Assembly: GCF_963853765.1 (NCBI RefSeq)
Contig: NC_088861.1
Span: 15,438,001 to 15,502,000 of the forward strand
DNA: 64,000 nucleotides
Direction: 5' to 3'
DNA from: Magallana gigas
Lineage: Eukaryota
This document shows positions 1 to 11,006 of this stretch, in pieces. The notes beneath the pieces were generated by a model that did no database searches, was not told the DNA's origin, and worked only from the letters and a program-made list of their open reading frames with translations. Position numbers and translations under genes: made by a program. How positions within the stretch are numbered: the first letter of the stretch is position 1; each line of letters begins with the position of its first letter.

Positions 1-603
1 TATGATTTAACACTAAAATAAAACAACATAATTTCAACATAATAGAATATAGCAAAACAATAAAACAATGAAAACTCAACTTCTGTAAAATTAAGCCAAT
101 ACACATATCACCAAATGATTCAGCTGCATCAGTCAGTCTGATCACAAAGGTGAAACATCAAAAACACTGAACACGAGATCAAAATAACAATTTACCACCC
201 TGAACACACTAGAATCTCCCGAGGAAGATAACTTTCTCTTCAGATATTGTAAATCCCACAACAACACTAATATTACAGTTTTACAACTAATATCAGAGCA
301 GGACCAACAACACAATAAATGGGTGATAATCATCATATCATGACACACAAATGCAAATATGGGACCCTTAAAATTAAGAAAACAAGGGCATTAAAAACTA
401 AGAGTCATCCACATCAAATAGTTCAGAAAATAATAGTGATTAATTTTAAAACCAGGGAACTTGTTTGTTGTTTTTTTTATAATGGTATTTTTTTTTCTAC
501 CCTGAGAGTCGGCATAAAATATGATATGTGAATTGAATTTAAAAAACCTGAAAACTGCATCATAAAATCATGAAGCATAAAAGCAGTTTACGGGATAAAA
601 ACA

Positions 604-3600
604 CTACCTAGTCCAGTCTCCACAGCGATCAGGAGGCTTTCGAATTCTGGCAATTCGTCGCGGAAAAACGCGAGAGTTGCGGTTTGATAACCTAGTACTC
701 TGTTCAACCGTGGTATCATCTACTCGACCCGAAGACCTTGTCATTTCATCGATTTCATTATCAATAATTGTCCGATTCAAGGTACCGGTAGGTTCTGGAA
801 CACTGGAGTTCTGAAATGAAGAAAACTCATGATTAGTATTGGTCTCAATATTGCTAATTTCAGTTTGTCTTATAGAAGACAGTGAAGTTTCTGGGTTTCT
901 TGATGACCTAAGTACTCTGGTTCTTTTGATTTCTGAACTGCTAGAGTCAGAATCTGATTCTGAGCTGTCTTCTGATCTATCATCATCAGAACTGTCCTCT
1001 GAACATAATCTACCAGCATCCTGACTTCTACTCTTCCTTTTCAACACTGGTGCTGGAGGCATTCCAATTTTTTCAGAGGGAATGGCATTGAATGGCAAGA
1101 GCATATTCCTGTGCGAAGTCTTAATGTTTTTCCCTGATTGACTCTTGACTCTAAAGACAGGGATGTCAGGATTTGGAATACTCCGAATAGTGTAGACTTC
1201 AGATTCCCACTTGTCAGCCAACTTATGTTTTCCTTGAATTCCTACTTTCCTCACAAGCACCCTATCTCCAACCTCAAGTTTGGCAAACTTGACCTTCTGG
1301 TCATAGTTCTCTTTATTCTTGTTGGCAATTCTATTAGCTTCCTTTGATGCCAAAGAATAGGCAGATGCCATCCGATCCTTGAGTTTGGTGACATAGGTTG
1401 GATGATCTCCTTTCTCTTTGTTAATATCCATACCAAAGAAAACATCAATTGGTAAACGGGGATGCCATCCGAACATAAGATAATGTGGTGTATACCCTGT
1501 GGCGTCACTCCTTGTGGCATTGTAGGCTTGAACAAGTGGTGCTACAAAAGATCTCCAATCTGCCTTTTGTTCCTCTGTTAATGTTGAAAGCATCCTAATA
1601 AGAGTTTGATTGAAACGTTCTGCCGAACCATTTCCCATGGGATGATAAGGAGTTGTTCGTGATTTCTTTATCCCTAAAATTTTACAAAGATGTTTAATTA
1701 CATTCGACTCAAAATTCCTACCCTGATCACTGTGAATTTTCTGTGGGAAACTGTAATGAAGAAAGAAATTTTCATATAATGCTTTAGCTGTTGTATGCGC
1801 AGTTTGATTTTTACAGGGGATAGCTTGGGCGAACCGAGTAAAATGATCGGTTATTACCAGAATGTTTTCGTATCCACCTTTCGACTGTTCCAAAGTAAGG
1901 AAATCTATACATACTAACTCCATAGGTTTGGTTGTAACAATAGGAACAAGTTCCGCTGTAGGTCGGACTGGAGTTTTGCTGCAAATACATCTGCCACAGG
2001 ATTCCACTTTCTGGTTGATCTCATACTCCATTCCTGGCCAGTAGTACCGTTGCTTAGCAATCCACAATGTTTTGTCCTTACCTGGATGTCCAACATCATC
2101 ATGTATGCCATGTAGTGCTACCTCTCTCAGAGACTTTGGCAATACTATCTGTTTTATCTTCTGACCATCATGTGAAGAGGTTTTGTACAAGATTCCCTCA
2201 ATCAGTTCCAACTTCTTGTACACTCTGAGTAACTTCTGCACCTGCAAGGGTTCCCTCTTGACACTTTCTCCCCTTGGTCTTAAACCACTTCTCATGATGT
2301 CTATAACTCGTCCAATAGCCTTGTCTTGGGACTGCTCCTGTCTCCAGTCATTGAGAGTGAATGTATCACATGAATTCATCTCATCCTCGGCCGATGAAGG
2401 AGACGCATCCATGGTTACACTCTGGCAATATGGTACGGATGCCATAACTGACTGGCAGATAGCTTTCACTGTGTCATTAAAGACTACTGGTTTGCGTGAC
2501 AATCCGTCAGCATCGCCATTGAGGTGTCCACTCCTGTAAGAAATTCTAAAATCATAGTTAGCAAGAGCAGCTACATATCTTTGGCTTGTAGCATCAAGTT
2601 TGGCCTTTGTAAAGATATATGTAAGAGGATTATTATCTGTAATGACCTCAAACTGGTTCCCATATAAATAGTCATGGAGCTTATCACACACAGCCTATTT
2701 AAGCGCCAAAAATTCGAGCTTATGTGCCGGATAATTCGTCTCACTGGGTCTAAGTCCTCTGCTGGCGCATACGCTATCACTCTCTTTATTCCTCCTTGGT
2801 TCTGATACAAGACTGCTCCTAAACCTTTGGAACTGGCATCTGTATGCAACTCAAAAGGCATTGAATAGTCAGCAAAACCTAATATGGGTGGAGACGTTAA
2901 CTTCTCTTTTATGATGGTAAAAGCCATTTCCTCTACATCCGTCCATCTCCATGGCACTGGTTTATGGTTCTTCCTTCCATATCTCTTCTGCTTTTTACTG
3001 ATCTTGGTTTCATGTCCACGCAGTAAGTTGTTCAGTGGAGCAACAATCTTGGCAAAGTTCTCTACAAACCTGCGGTAGTACCCAATGAATCCTAGGAATT
3101 GTCGCAATTCCTTGATATTAGTGGGTCTTGGCCATTCCACCACAGCAGAAACTTTCTCTGGGTCAGTGGAGATTCCAGCCTCTGAAATGACATGTCCAAG
3201 ATATGAAATTGACTGTTTGAAAAGTTCACATTTGGAAGGTTTCAGTTTTAATCCACGGTCTGCTAATTTTTGAAAAACATGTTCTAATCGTTGACAATGT
3301 TCTTTGAAAGTTTTTGAAAATATTAAGATATCATCTAAAAAAATCAAACATTCTCTGAGATGAAGCTCTCCCATGCATTTCTCCATTAATCTCTGGAATG
3401 TTGCTGGCGCATTTGTTAAACCGAAGCACATCCTATTACATTCAAAGAAACCAAAATTACCTACCGAAAATGCAGTTTTATGTTTATCCTCTTCTTCGAT
3501 CTCCACTTCCCAATATCCTGATCGTAAATCCAGTTTGCTAAAATATTTTGCACCACTCAGAGTATCGATGACATCATCAAAACGTGGGAGCATGTAACAG

Positions 3601-4760
3601 TCTTTCCGCGTTTTGGAATTCAGGACGCGCATGTCGATGCAAAACCGAAGAGACCCATCTGTTTTCCTAACTAACACTACATTAGATGAGTAATTGCTAT
3701 TGGACTCTCTTATGACACCGGCTTGTAGCATTTCTTTGATATGCTCTCTAACCTCATCATACATACCAGGAGGTATTCTCCTGTAAGGTAACTTAAATGG
3801 ATTTTCATCCTCGAGTTTTATACTGTGCTTTACTATGTCAGTCTTCCCTAGATCCATTGGACCTCTGGAGAAAACATGACTGTATTTTCTAAGTAATTTG
3901 TTCACAGTACCTAACTCTGATTCAGATAATGTCATATCTACTTTCACACCCAACTCTATTGGATTTACCTTTTTAGAATTGTCACCCTTTGATAGACCTG
4001 TAGGTACCTTATCAATGACTTTTGCTTCTTGCACTGTACACAAAATTGACCCATGTTTTAAATTTATTGTTTTCGCTGAAATGTTACAGACATTGACCTT
4101 GATCTTGGGGTTATTGAAACTTTGTGACAGGGTTAATACTCTCGGACAGACAGTATAATTGTCATTTCTCTGTGAATTTTCAGTTACCACAGTAGAAATA
4201 TTTTTGTCAATTCCTTTCACTACACCATTGACAACAACTGACTGATATGGTTCTAGAGTGATATCTCTTTTAGTGGTTGCCTTAACACAGAATGACCTGC
4301 ACTGTGTACTGTCAATAGCCAACTGCCAGGCTTCTGGCAACTGACAAGACACATGTGAAAAATATTCTCTACAGATTCTCAAAATATTTGTTCCAACAAT
4401 GACAGGACAGTTCTTATTGAATTCTGTTTCAGGTACTATCACAATAGGAACAAAAAGTTCAAGATCTAGAAGCTTCATGGTACATTCTATAAATCCTTTG
4501 TACTGCAGAATCGACCCATCTGCCACTGATATCTGCAGTCCAAGGGCAGACAACTCTCTTAATTCTGGTTTGTCTAGAAGATTTTTGTACTTTTTCTCAG
4601 ACAAAGTTGTTATCATAGAACCACTGTCTAATAATGCATTCATTCTTTCACCATTTAAGATTACTTGAACCTCATTTGACTCACCAATCATGTCACACTT
4701 TATATGTTGGCCGTTACTTTTGACTTTACTGGTCTCTGCTTGGCCATCAGTAGAGACCAC
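604..4760 (-). pseudogene. pol: Gypsy pol (PR-RT-RNaseH-IN), disrupted in RNase H by a 2-nt insertion (~2765-2768) and a TGG>TAG stop (2697-2695)
   Basis: ORF 2571-4760 leaves frame at VIAYA. Removing one GC restores VIAYASRGLRPSETNYPAHKLEFLALK*AVCDKLHDYLYG, which joins ORF 604-2691. The stop replaces the conserved Trp of LKWAV. Confidence 0.92.
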
Positions 4761-4772
4761 TAGTAGTTTGGG
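4708..4772 (-). promoter_or_regulatory. Programmed -1 ribosomal frameshift signal (slippery C CCA AAC, 6-nt spacer, 8-bp stem, possible pseudoknot)
   Basis: Minus strand reads GAC CCA AAC TAC TAG TGGTCTCT-actgatggccaagc-AGAGACCA. The heptamer (4772-4766) is in the gag-frame phase, and pol is in the -1 frame. Confidence 0.75.
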
Positions 4773-6052
4773 TCCTGGTTTTGTACACTAGACCTATTCA
4801 TACCTCGCCCTCTAGGATTGAATGGCCTTCTGTATTGATTCCCTCTATATGAATTGTTATTCTGAAAATTTATCCTAGCATACTCACCTCTCCATAAATT
4901 GCCATTGCCTCTGTTGCTGCTTCCTCTTGAATAACTTTGCCTGGTATCAGTTTTTGAAGCATCTAACTTTTGCAAAATCTGATTAAATTTGTCATCAATT
5001 TTACATTCTAATTCAGTTTGCAAATTCTCAATTCTTTTGTTGATTTTCTCCTCAACTTCATCCTCCACTGCTATACCATGTTGATGGAGTTTGGAATTCT
5101 TGAAATCAGTACTTACTTTTTCTGCAGGATTTTTGTTTATGGCCATTTCTTTTTCAACCTTTCTTATTTCAAGTAAAAGATGGTCATAGTTCTTTAGCGT
5201 ATCATATTTGTGACGCGTTTGTGACTTTAAGCGTTCGGAACTCAACGACGTCCAAAATTTATGGCGTAACAAATCATTCTTTGACGATTTGCTAAGGTAC
5301 CCATTATCAATAGCATTTTGGAGCATGCTTTCCAACCTACAACCAAATGATGTAGCACACTCTCCCTCAAATTGAAAGGTATTGAAAAATTCTTGCATTA
5401 TCATGCCATTATTTGACACTTCACCAAATAAAATATTCAGTTTGTCAAGAATTTCAATGACAGTAGCTTTTTCACCAAGAGGAATGAGCATAGTTTTAGC
5501 TGTACCCCTAAGAGATCTTCTAATGCTCTGAATGATTGTGGTTTCTTTAATCTCAGGGTCATTGATAAGACATTGTACTTCATACTTCCACTCTCTATAA
5601 GTAACATCACCTTTCTGTGGGGGCTCATCACCAGAAAATTGGGGAATTCTAGGTATCTGGGCATGAGTAACTTCATAATACTGAGTAACATTACCTTCTG
5701 GACTTGCTTTGTAACCACTGTAATCTCTCTGAGGGGGGAAATCATTAAAAGTCTTAAACTTAGCCCCTCCCACTGATTCACCTTTTCTCATGTCAGAAGG
5801 GATAACTGGAGGAGGTGGAAATTGCATTTTAGGCAGAGTTGTCTTAACATTGGGAAAGTTCAAGGGGTTTTGTTCTTTACCAGATGCAGGGGTACTTGTT
5901 TTCTGCATTTCAGATTCAAGTTTAGCATTTGGATTTACATAACTTGCAAAGTTTAATTTGTAGTCTTCATCATGAAAAGAACCTTCATGATCACCTTCCT
6001 GATTTTTAGCATTTTCGAATGACATTTTAATTTGATCAGCCACTTTTGACAT
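4760..6052 (-). CDS. gag: Gypsy Gag (PNMA/Ma-like capsid region, basic Arg/Gly/Asn-rich C-terminus, no CCHC knuckle seen)
   Basis: Open ORF 4760-6118; first ATG (MSKVADQ) at 6052. The segment PRIPQFSGDEPPQKGDVTYREWKYEV..IRRSLRGTAK resembles Gypsy/PNMA capsids. It lies directly upstream of pol. Confidence 0.88.
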   Translation of the reverse strand: MSKVADQIKMSFENAKNQEGDHEGSFHDEDYKLNFASYVNPNAKLESEMQKTSTPASGKEQNPLNFPNVKTTLPKMQFPPPPVIPSDMRKGESVGGAKFKTFNDFPPQRDYSGYKASPEGNVTQYYEVTHAQIPRIPQFSGDEPPQKGDVTYREWKYEVQCLINDPEIKETTIIQSIRRSLRGTAKTMLIPLGEKATVIEILDKLNILFGEVSNNGMIMQEFFNTFQFEGECATSFGCRLESMLQNAIDNGYLSKSSKNDLLRHKFWTSLSSERLKSQTRHKYDTLKNYDHLLLEIRKVEKEMAINKNPAEKVSTDFKNSKLHQHGIAVEDEVEEKINKRIENLQTELECKIDDKFNQILQKLDASKTDTRQSYSRGSSNRGNGNLWRGEYARINFQNNNSYRGNQYRRPFNPRGRGMNRSSVQNQDPNY

Positions 6053-9000
6053 CTTACAACTGACAACACTAAACACCTGTCCAACAAATACACCGTGAAA
6101 CCAACAAAATTTCACCACAATGTTCCAGTCACAGAAATGTATCTCTTATTCAAAATATCTTAAAGCACTGTTCAATTCAACGCAATTAATATCACTTAAT
6201 TAAAACGCAGCGCATGTTTCACGTCAATAATAGAAATATTCAATGAAATAATTCACGCACACACAGACATTCAAACAAAATAACACTTGTGTACAACCTC
6301 AACTGCTCAATGTCTGTCAAAATTCTCAAATTTGTGTGATTGTTAGAATTTCATGCAAGGGGAATTGTTTAAAGGGCAAATGAATGTTTATCTTTACTAA
6401 AGTTTACTTTAAATGAGACACATCAAAAGTTTAACAAGTCCCAGTAAACACAATGAAAAAAATTAGAAAAGAAAAAATTGGATCTGCAGATATAGGCCTA
6501 TGTATGTCAACAAAAGTTTTAAACCTTTAAAATAAATAAATAGATTGATAGATAAATAGGATCCTTTTTTTAAATCAAGTCTTTATGATGACAGATATTC
6601 TATGTTTTCTATAGTTCAAAAAGCAAAATTAAATGAAAAGAAATGAATTTCATAATTTTTCTATTGATCGACCTACCAAAGAAAAAATTAACCGGAAAAC
6701 TGTTTTCATCAATGCGCTAGATATTCATTCCTTAACAAAACGATTCTACTTATGATTTCTTATGATTACAGAAAAACTTGTTTGAAAGCAAAGTTTCTTG
6801 AAAAGTAGAAATGTAAATGTCAAGCACTTCCTCATTCCGGACCAATTGACCGTATGACTATTAAAATCAAAACCTTTAATTTAACGTTTGAGTAAATTAG
6901 AAAAATGCAAAAGAAATATATTATTACATGTGTAGGTTCATGTAATTTACCACACACTGCATGTGGTTGAATGACTTGAACAGGAAAAGGAACGTCAAAT
7001 GTATATATATAACGATATACCTAACACTATTTTATTGCTTGTTATCAGAGTATATAATATATTATGCATATCCTCAGAATTGTGAAAATAAAAGGAATCA
7101 ACTAATTGTCACACGTCTTTCTATAGAAATATTTTTTTTAAAGAACTTACAATGGTTTGAATACTTGGCACTCAAAAACATGTTTAATGCGTATCACATG
7201 TACATGTATCACCTACTACTCTTTTTTAAGACTGAGAAGAAGAATAAACAAGCGTGGATCTCCGGAAAATGACTTGTACATTAAAAGTTTTCATTGTATT
7301 TGAAAAAGATAAGGAATTATTAGACAACCCTGAATACGTCACTTTGCAGCATATGGACGAATTTCGAATACAGATCAGAACCATCAACATATTATATTTA
7401 CAGCAAAGCCCAAAAATAACCCAGAAACTGAAGTATTTCCTCGCAGCACTCCTGTAGATTCTTCAGTGTCCATTTATCAGTTCTAAATAAGAAAAAGGGG
7501 CAAACTGTGTTTTATGTATTATCAGGTAATACACCGTACAACATGTTCATAAAAGGCTTTGTGAATCCAAAGCTGTATGCTTTTAACGAATTAAAGACAA
7601 TGAGTAAGACAATATATTTTGTCTTAAGAAAATGATTGTCCCTATTGTGTGAGCTAGTAGAGTATTTGCTCGTCTTGGTGTGTATGCGTCTGTGTTTTTT
7701 CGCTGTTTGTTATAGTTTGTGTAATAAATGTTATCCTTTTTAGTGCAACCTGATATAAATGCTTGAAAAAACGTTTACACTCAGTCAATATTTATTTTTA
7801 TTCTTTCTTAGCTGTTTCGCATGAATAAAATTTTCGGTTTCGTTTGAGTAATGTAATGATGTAATAATCCGAAAGGTAGTCTAATGACAAATAAGGATTA
7901 ACATACTAGTGAAGTTGCACAATCACAGTTTATACTGCGATGGGAGATTTGGTCAAGTTTTATTGAATAACGTATTAAAGCTGTTATATATGCTCAAAAC
8001 ATTATCCATTGGTGATTTTAAAGCGTCAATAATTAAAGATGCAAATAGGTATTGAGTAATACAAACAATTACAATAATAAATTTACTGAAATTGATATCT
8101 CAAACTTAAAAAGAGAGAAAAAGAGAGAAAGAGTGATTGATCAGGATGCCTTCAGGTCTCAAACAATGAATGATTTGACTATGTGTTACATGTACTATAA
8201 AGCTTTTATTTAGTTTATTAAATAATAAGACTCTAAGAATATAAATAATGAAAAAAGAAAAAATCATGTTCAATTAATGCTTTAACAAAAAATTGAGATA
8301 CGAAAAAAATGCCTGAAAAGGCATCTAATAGAGAAAATTCACAGTAAACATACTTACTATGTGACTTCCCCCAAATGTTAGATTAACATGTTGACAAATA
8401 GACCCAACACCATCCAGGAAATTGCATCATTCGTACCTAAAAAAGAGCTCCCTTAAACTCATTTCCAATACATTAAAAATTTTCATTAAAAAAAAAGATT
8501 CCAAACCTGCTCTTTCAATTTGCTTTAGTGTAATTTATTTAAGTCTTAAATAAGATGCCAATAAAGAAAGAAAAACAAATTGTCTCTTTATATTTGGAAT
8601 GAAAATTGAAAAGTTCATTTTGATAGACTTTGATAGAAGTTCTAATGTTTTATGAAAGTATATACCCTACTTGATTATAAATAAAGTGAATTGTAGGAAG
8701 AGAAACAATCAGAAGGAAAAAACTTCTGAAAAAAAGGATAAGTCATCACCAAAGTTTAAAACAACGCTCATAACTATTTGTAGAGCCAATAATATACTAG
8801 AAGCTGACGGCAAAGTATTTGAAAACCAAATAGATTTCTATATCTGATGCATTAATAAAAAGTTATGATTTATGCAGTGTAAAACACATTATAGTGTGAA
8901 TTATAGCATATATTACTGCCAACCTTTTGTTAAGGTCTAACTGATAGATTTAAAACACAACGTCAGAATTAAGTTAACGTCGCCAGCTTGTTGCTTTTAT

Positions 9001-9382
9001 CCTTACCTCCTACATGTACAGTGTATTATAAACAATATGTTATCATCAGAAGAAATTGTTTTTATTTAAATTTTAAAATTTGAATTACGATTGGATCATA
9101 TTTCATTTTTTATGATTTTATCACTTCTGTTACATTATTTTCGGTTGATCCCTTGTTTTTATATTGTCAGGCCAGGTGATCTTTAAAGGTCAGTGAATGT
9201 AAACAATTAAGTTCTAATTTATCTATAATCATGTAGATTGAAACTCAAAACATAGATGTATAATATGGACCAGAGATTTAACATTTACATGTATAACTAC
9301 ACATTACATGAAAATATGTGCATGAAAAAATGACAATTATAACAAACTGTCAACCATCTCAAAAATCCATTAAACGAATACA

Positions 9383-9690
9383 AATTCAAAGCAGAGCAAC
9401 ACGGACCTCCGACAAGATAGAGGTAGGATCAGGTGCATAGGAGGAGTGAGCATCCTCTGCTGACCGGTCACAACCGCCGTGTGCTCTTTGTCGTAATCGA
9501 AAAAAACGGAAAAGTCCGTAATCAATTAGATGACTAATTATGGTCTAACAATTAGTAAGAAAAACGTCAGTCAGCATGCGACCCAGTGGGAGATTGTATT
9601 TCCTGACAAGGTCGTTATCGACCAAAGAACGTACGAAATGATTACCTAAAACGAGACTGTTGATAGTCCTGTTTTATCAACTTGTTTGTC
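9383..9690 (-). mobile_element. 3'-end fragment of a non-LTR (probably Penelope-like) retroelement
   Basis: Minus strand reads ...gtgaccggtcagcagaggatgctcactcctcctatgcacctgatcctacctct...gtccgtgttgctctgctttgaatttgtatt, a terminal motif I recognise from mollusc PLE-type repeats (not database-checked). Confidence 0.5.
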
Positions 9691-10795
9691 ATGTATCTAA
9701 GAAGAAGCGTTGAATTAATATTTTTGATCAAGAGCGCGTAATGTCCTTAATTAGAAGATTGAAAACAAAAATAGACGTAATTTATTAAGCACATGTACAT
9801 ATATATAAGATATATATGCATGTAAATAAAAGAGGGAACTTAGATTGATTTTAAAAAATAAATCATTTGACTGAGTTACTTTGATATTAACGGATACATA
9901 TTTGACTGTTTGATACACGAAGAACAGAACGGCATGATTGTAATTGATAATACATGCTTTTTTGCTTACAGATGTAACAGCAAGGCTAAGAGAAGTAAAA
10001 TTACAAATCTGCGTTCATGTAAAGCTATTTGTATTTTATTGAATAATAATAAAAACATTGAACTTTAAGAAAAAATGTTGTTCTACAAAATGATTATATA
10101 GTGATGTACAGTTAAAATGGATGTACTTATCAGTTTGTTTGTCAATGAGAAAAAATAGAAAATTATGTTTAAAAACAAAGAACACACTGACTCGTTCTTG
10201 TTTCTAGTTCGTTTGTTTGTTTGCTTTATTTTGTTTTTGTATTTTTAAATAGTTTTTTAGGGGGGTGTAGTTAGGAGAAGATTAAAACTCTAAGAAAAAA
10301 ATATGTTAACGTTATTCATTTTAGATTCTTTTAGATAATGTTAATAATTTTATAGATTGCATCAATAAATTAATACTATTTTTGTGTTGATGAAATGAAA
10401 GCATGTAACTAATTTATGGCATAACAATCAAGTCTATTATGAGCAAAAACGTGACGCGTTAGATACTTTACAAGGGACACAACACCTAGTACTTTACTTT
10501 AGTTTTGAAAGTTTCTGCTCTGATGCTCTTTATTTATAAGCCGTCATAAACAAGAAAGGTTTTTTAAGATTTATTTTTCTTCATAGTTCGAAAATTCATA
10601 GACAATGAAAGGTTTTATCTTTGCGTTTACAGTCAGTGGTTTCTTAACTTCCACAAAAGGTTAGTAAATGCATCTTTTTCGTAAAGTGAAAGTAAGCAAT
10701 GGTCATGCTGAATCCACATAGATAAAACGCTTAGATTTCTTCTTGTTGTTAATTGGCGTAAAGTCAAGATTTATCTCTTTGAAGGCAAATTATGA

Positions 10796-11006
10796 TACTG
10801 TGGTTTTATTAATATTCAAGGGTATCAATTTTCGTGGATAAAGTGAAAATCACAGTTTTAAGGATACGTACATTCGAGGTCAATGACCCTATCAATACAA
10901 AATCTTAATAGAAATTGCACTGCAATGAACATTTAATTTCGTGGATCAACTTAACAACAAAATCCACGAAAATTGGTATTCCACGAATATTGATGAGACC
11001 ACAGTA
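10796..11006. mobile_element. Tc1/mariner-type MITE in gene A intron 1
   Basis: Ends TACTGTGGTT... and ...GACCACAGTA form inverted repeats with TA flanks; ~210 bp, non-coding. Confidence 0.65.

Larger units (their letters stand above)
604..6118 (-). mobile_element. Ty3/Gypsy LTR retrotransposon internal region (gag-pol), pol inactivated; LTRs not confidently delimited in the window
   Basis: Domain order gag, PR (ALLDSGSMIT), RT (LRFCIDMR, MCFGLTNAPATFQ, FLDDILI), RNase H (LHTDASSKGLGAVL, TDNNPL), IN (H..GHPG..C..C, CIDF, IHSDQGRNFES, GNGSAERFN, GYTPHYLMFG). Integrase after RT/RH is the Gypsy order. Confidence 0.96.

Noticed and set aside
839-5781. Numerous short antisense and alternative-frame ORFs inside the Gypsy element
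   Set aside because: They are shadows of the gag/pol coding sequence.
7436-7460. Possible Gypsy PBS/5' LTR boundary (minus strand TACA-GGAGTGCTGCGAGGA, loosely like a tRNA-Thr PBS)
   Set aside because: It lacks the canonical TGG start and matches only partially. No second LTR copy or PPT was found in the window to confirm it.
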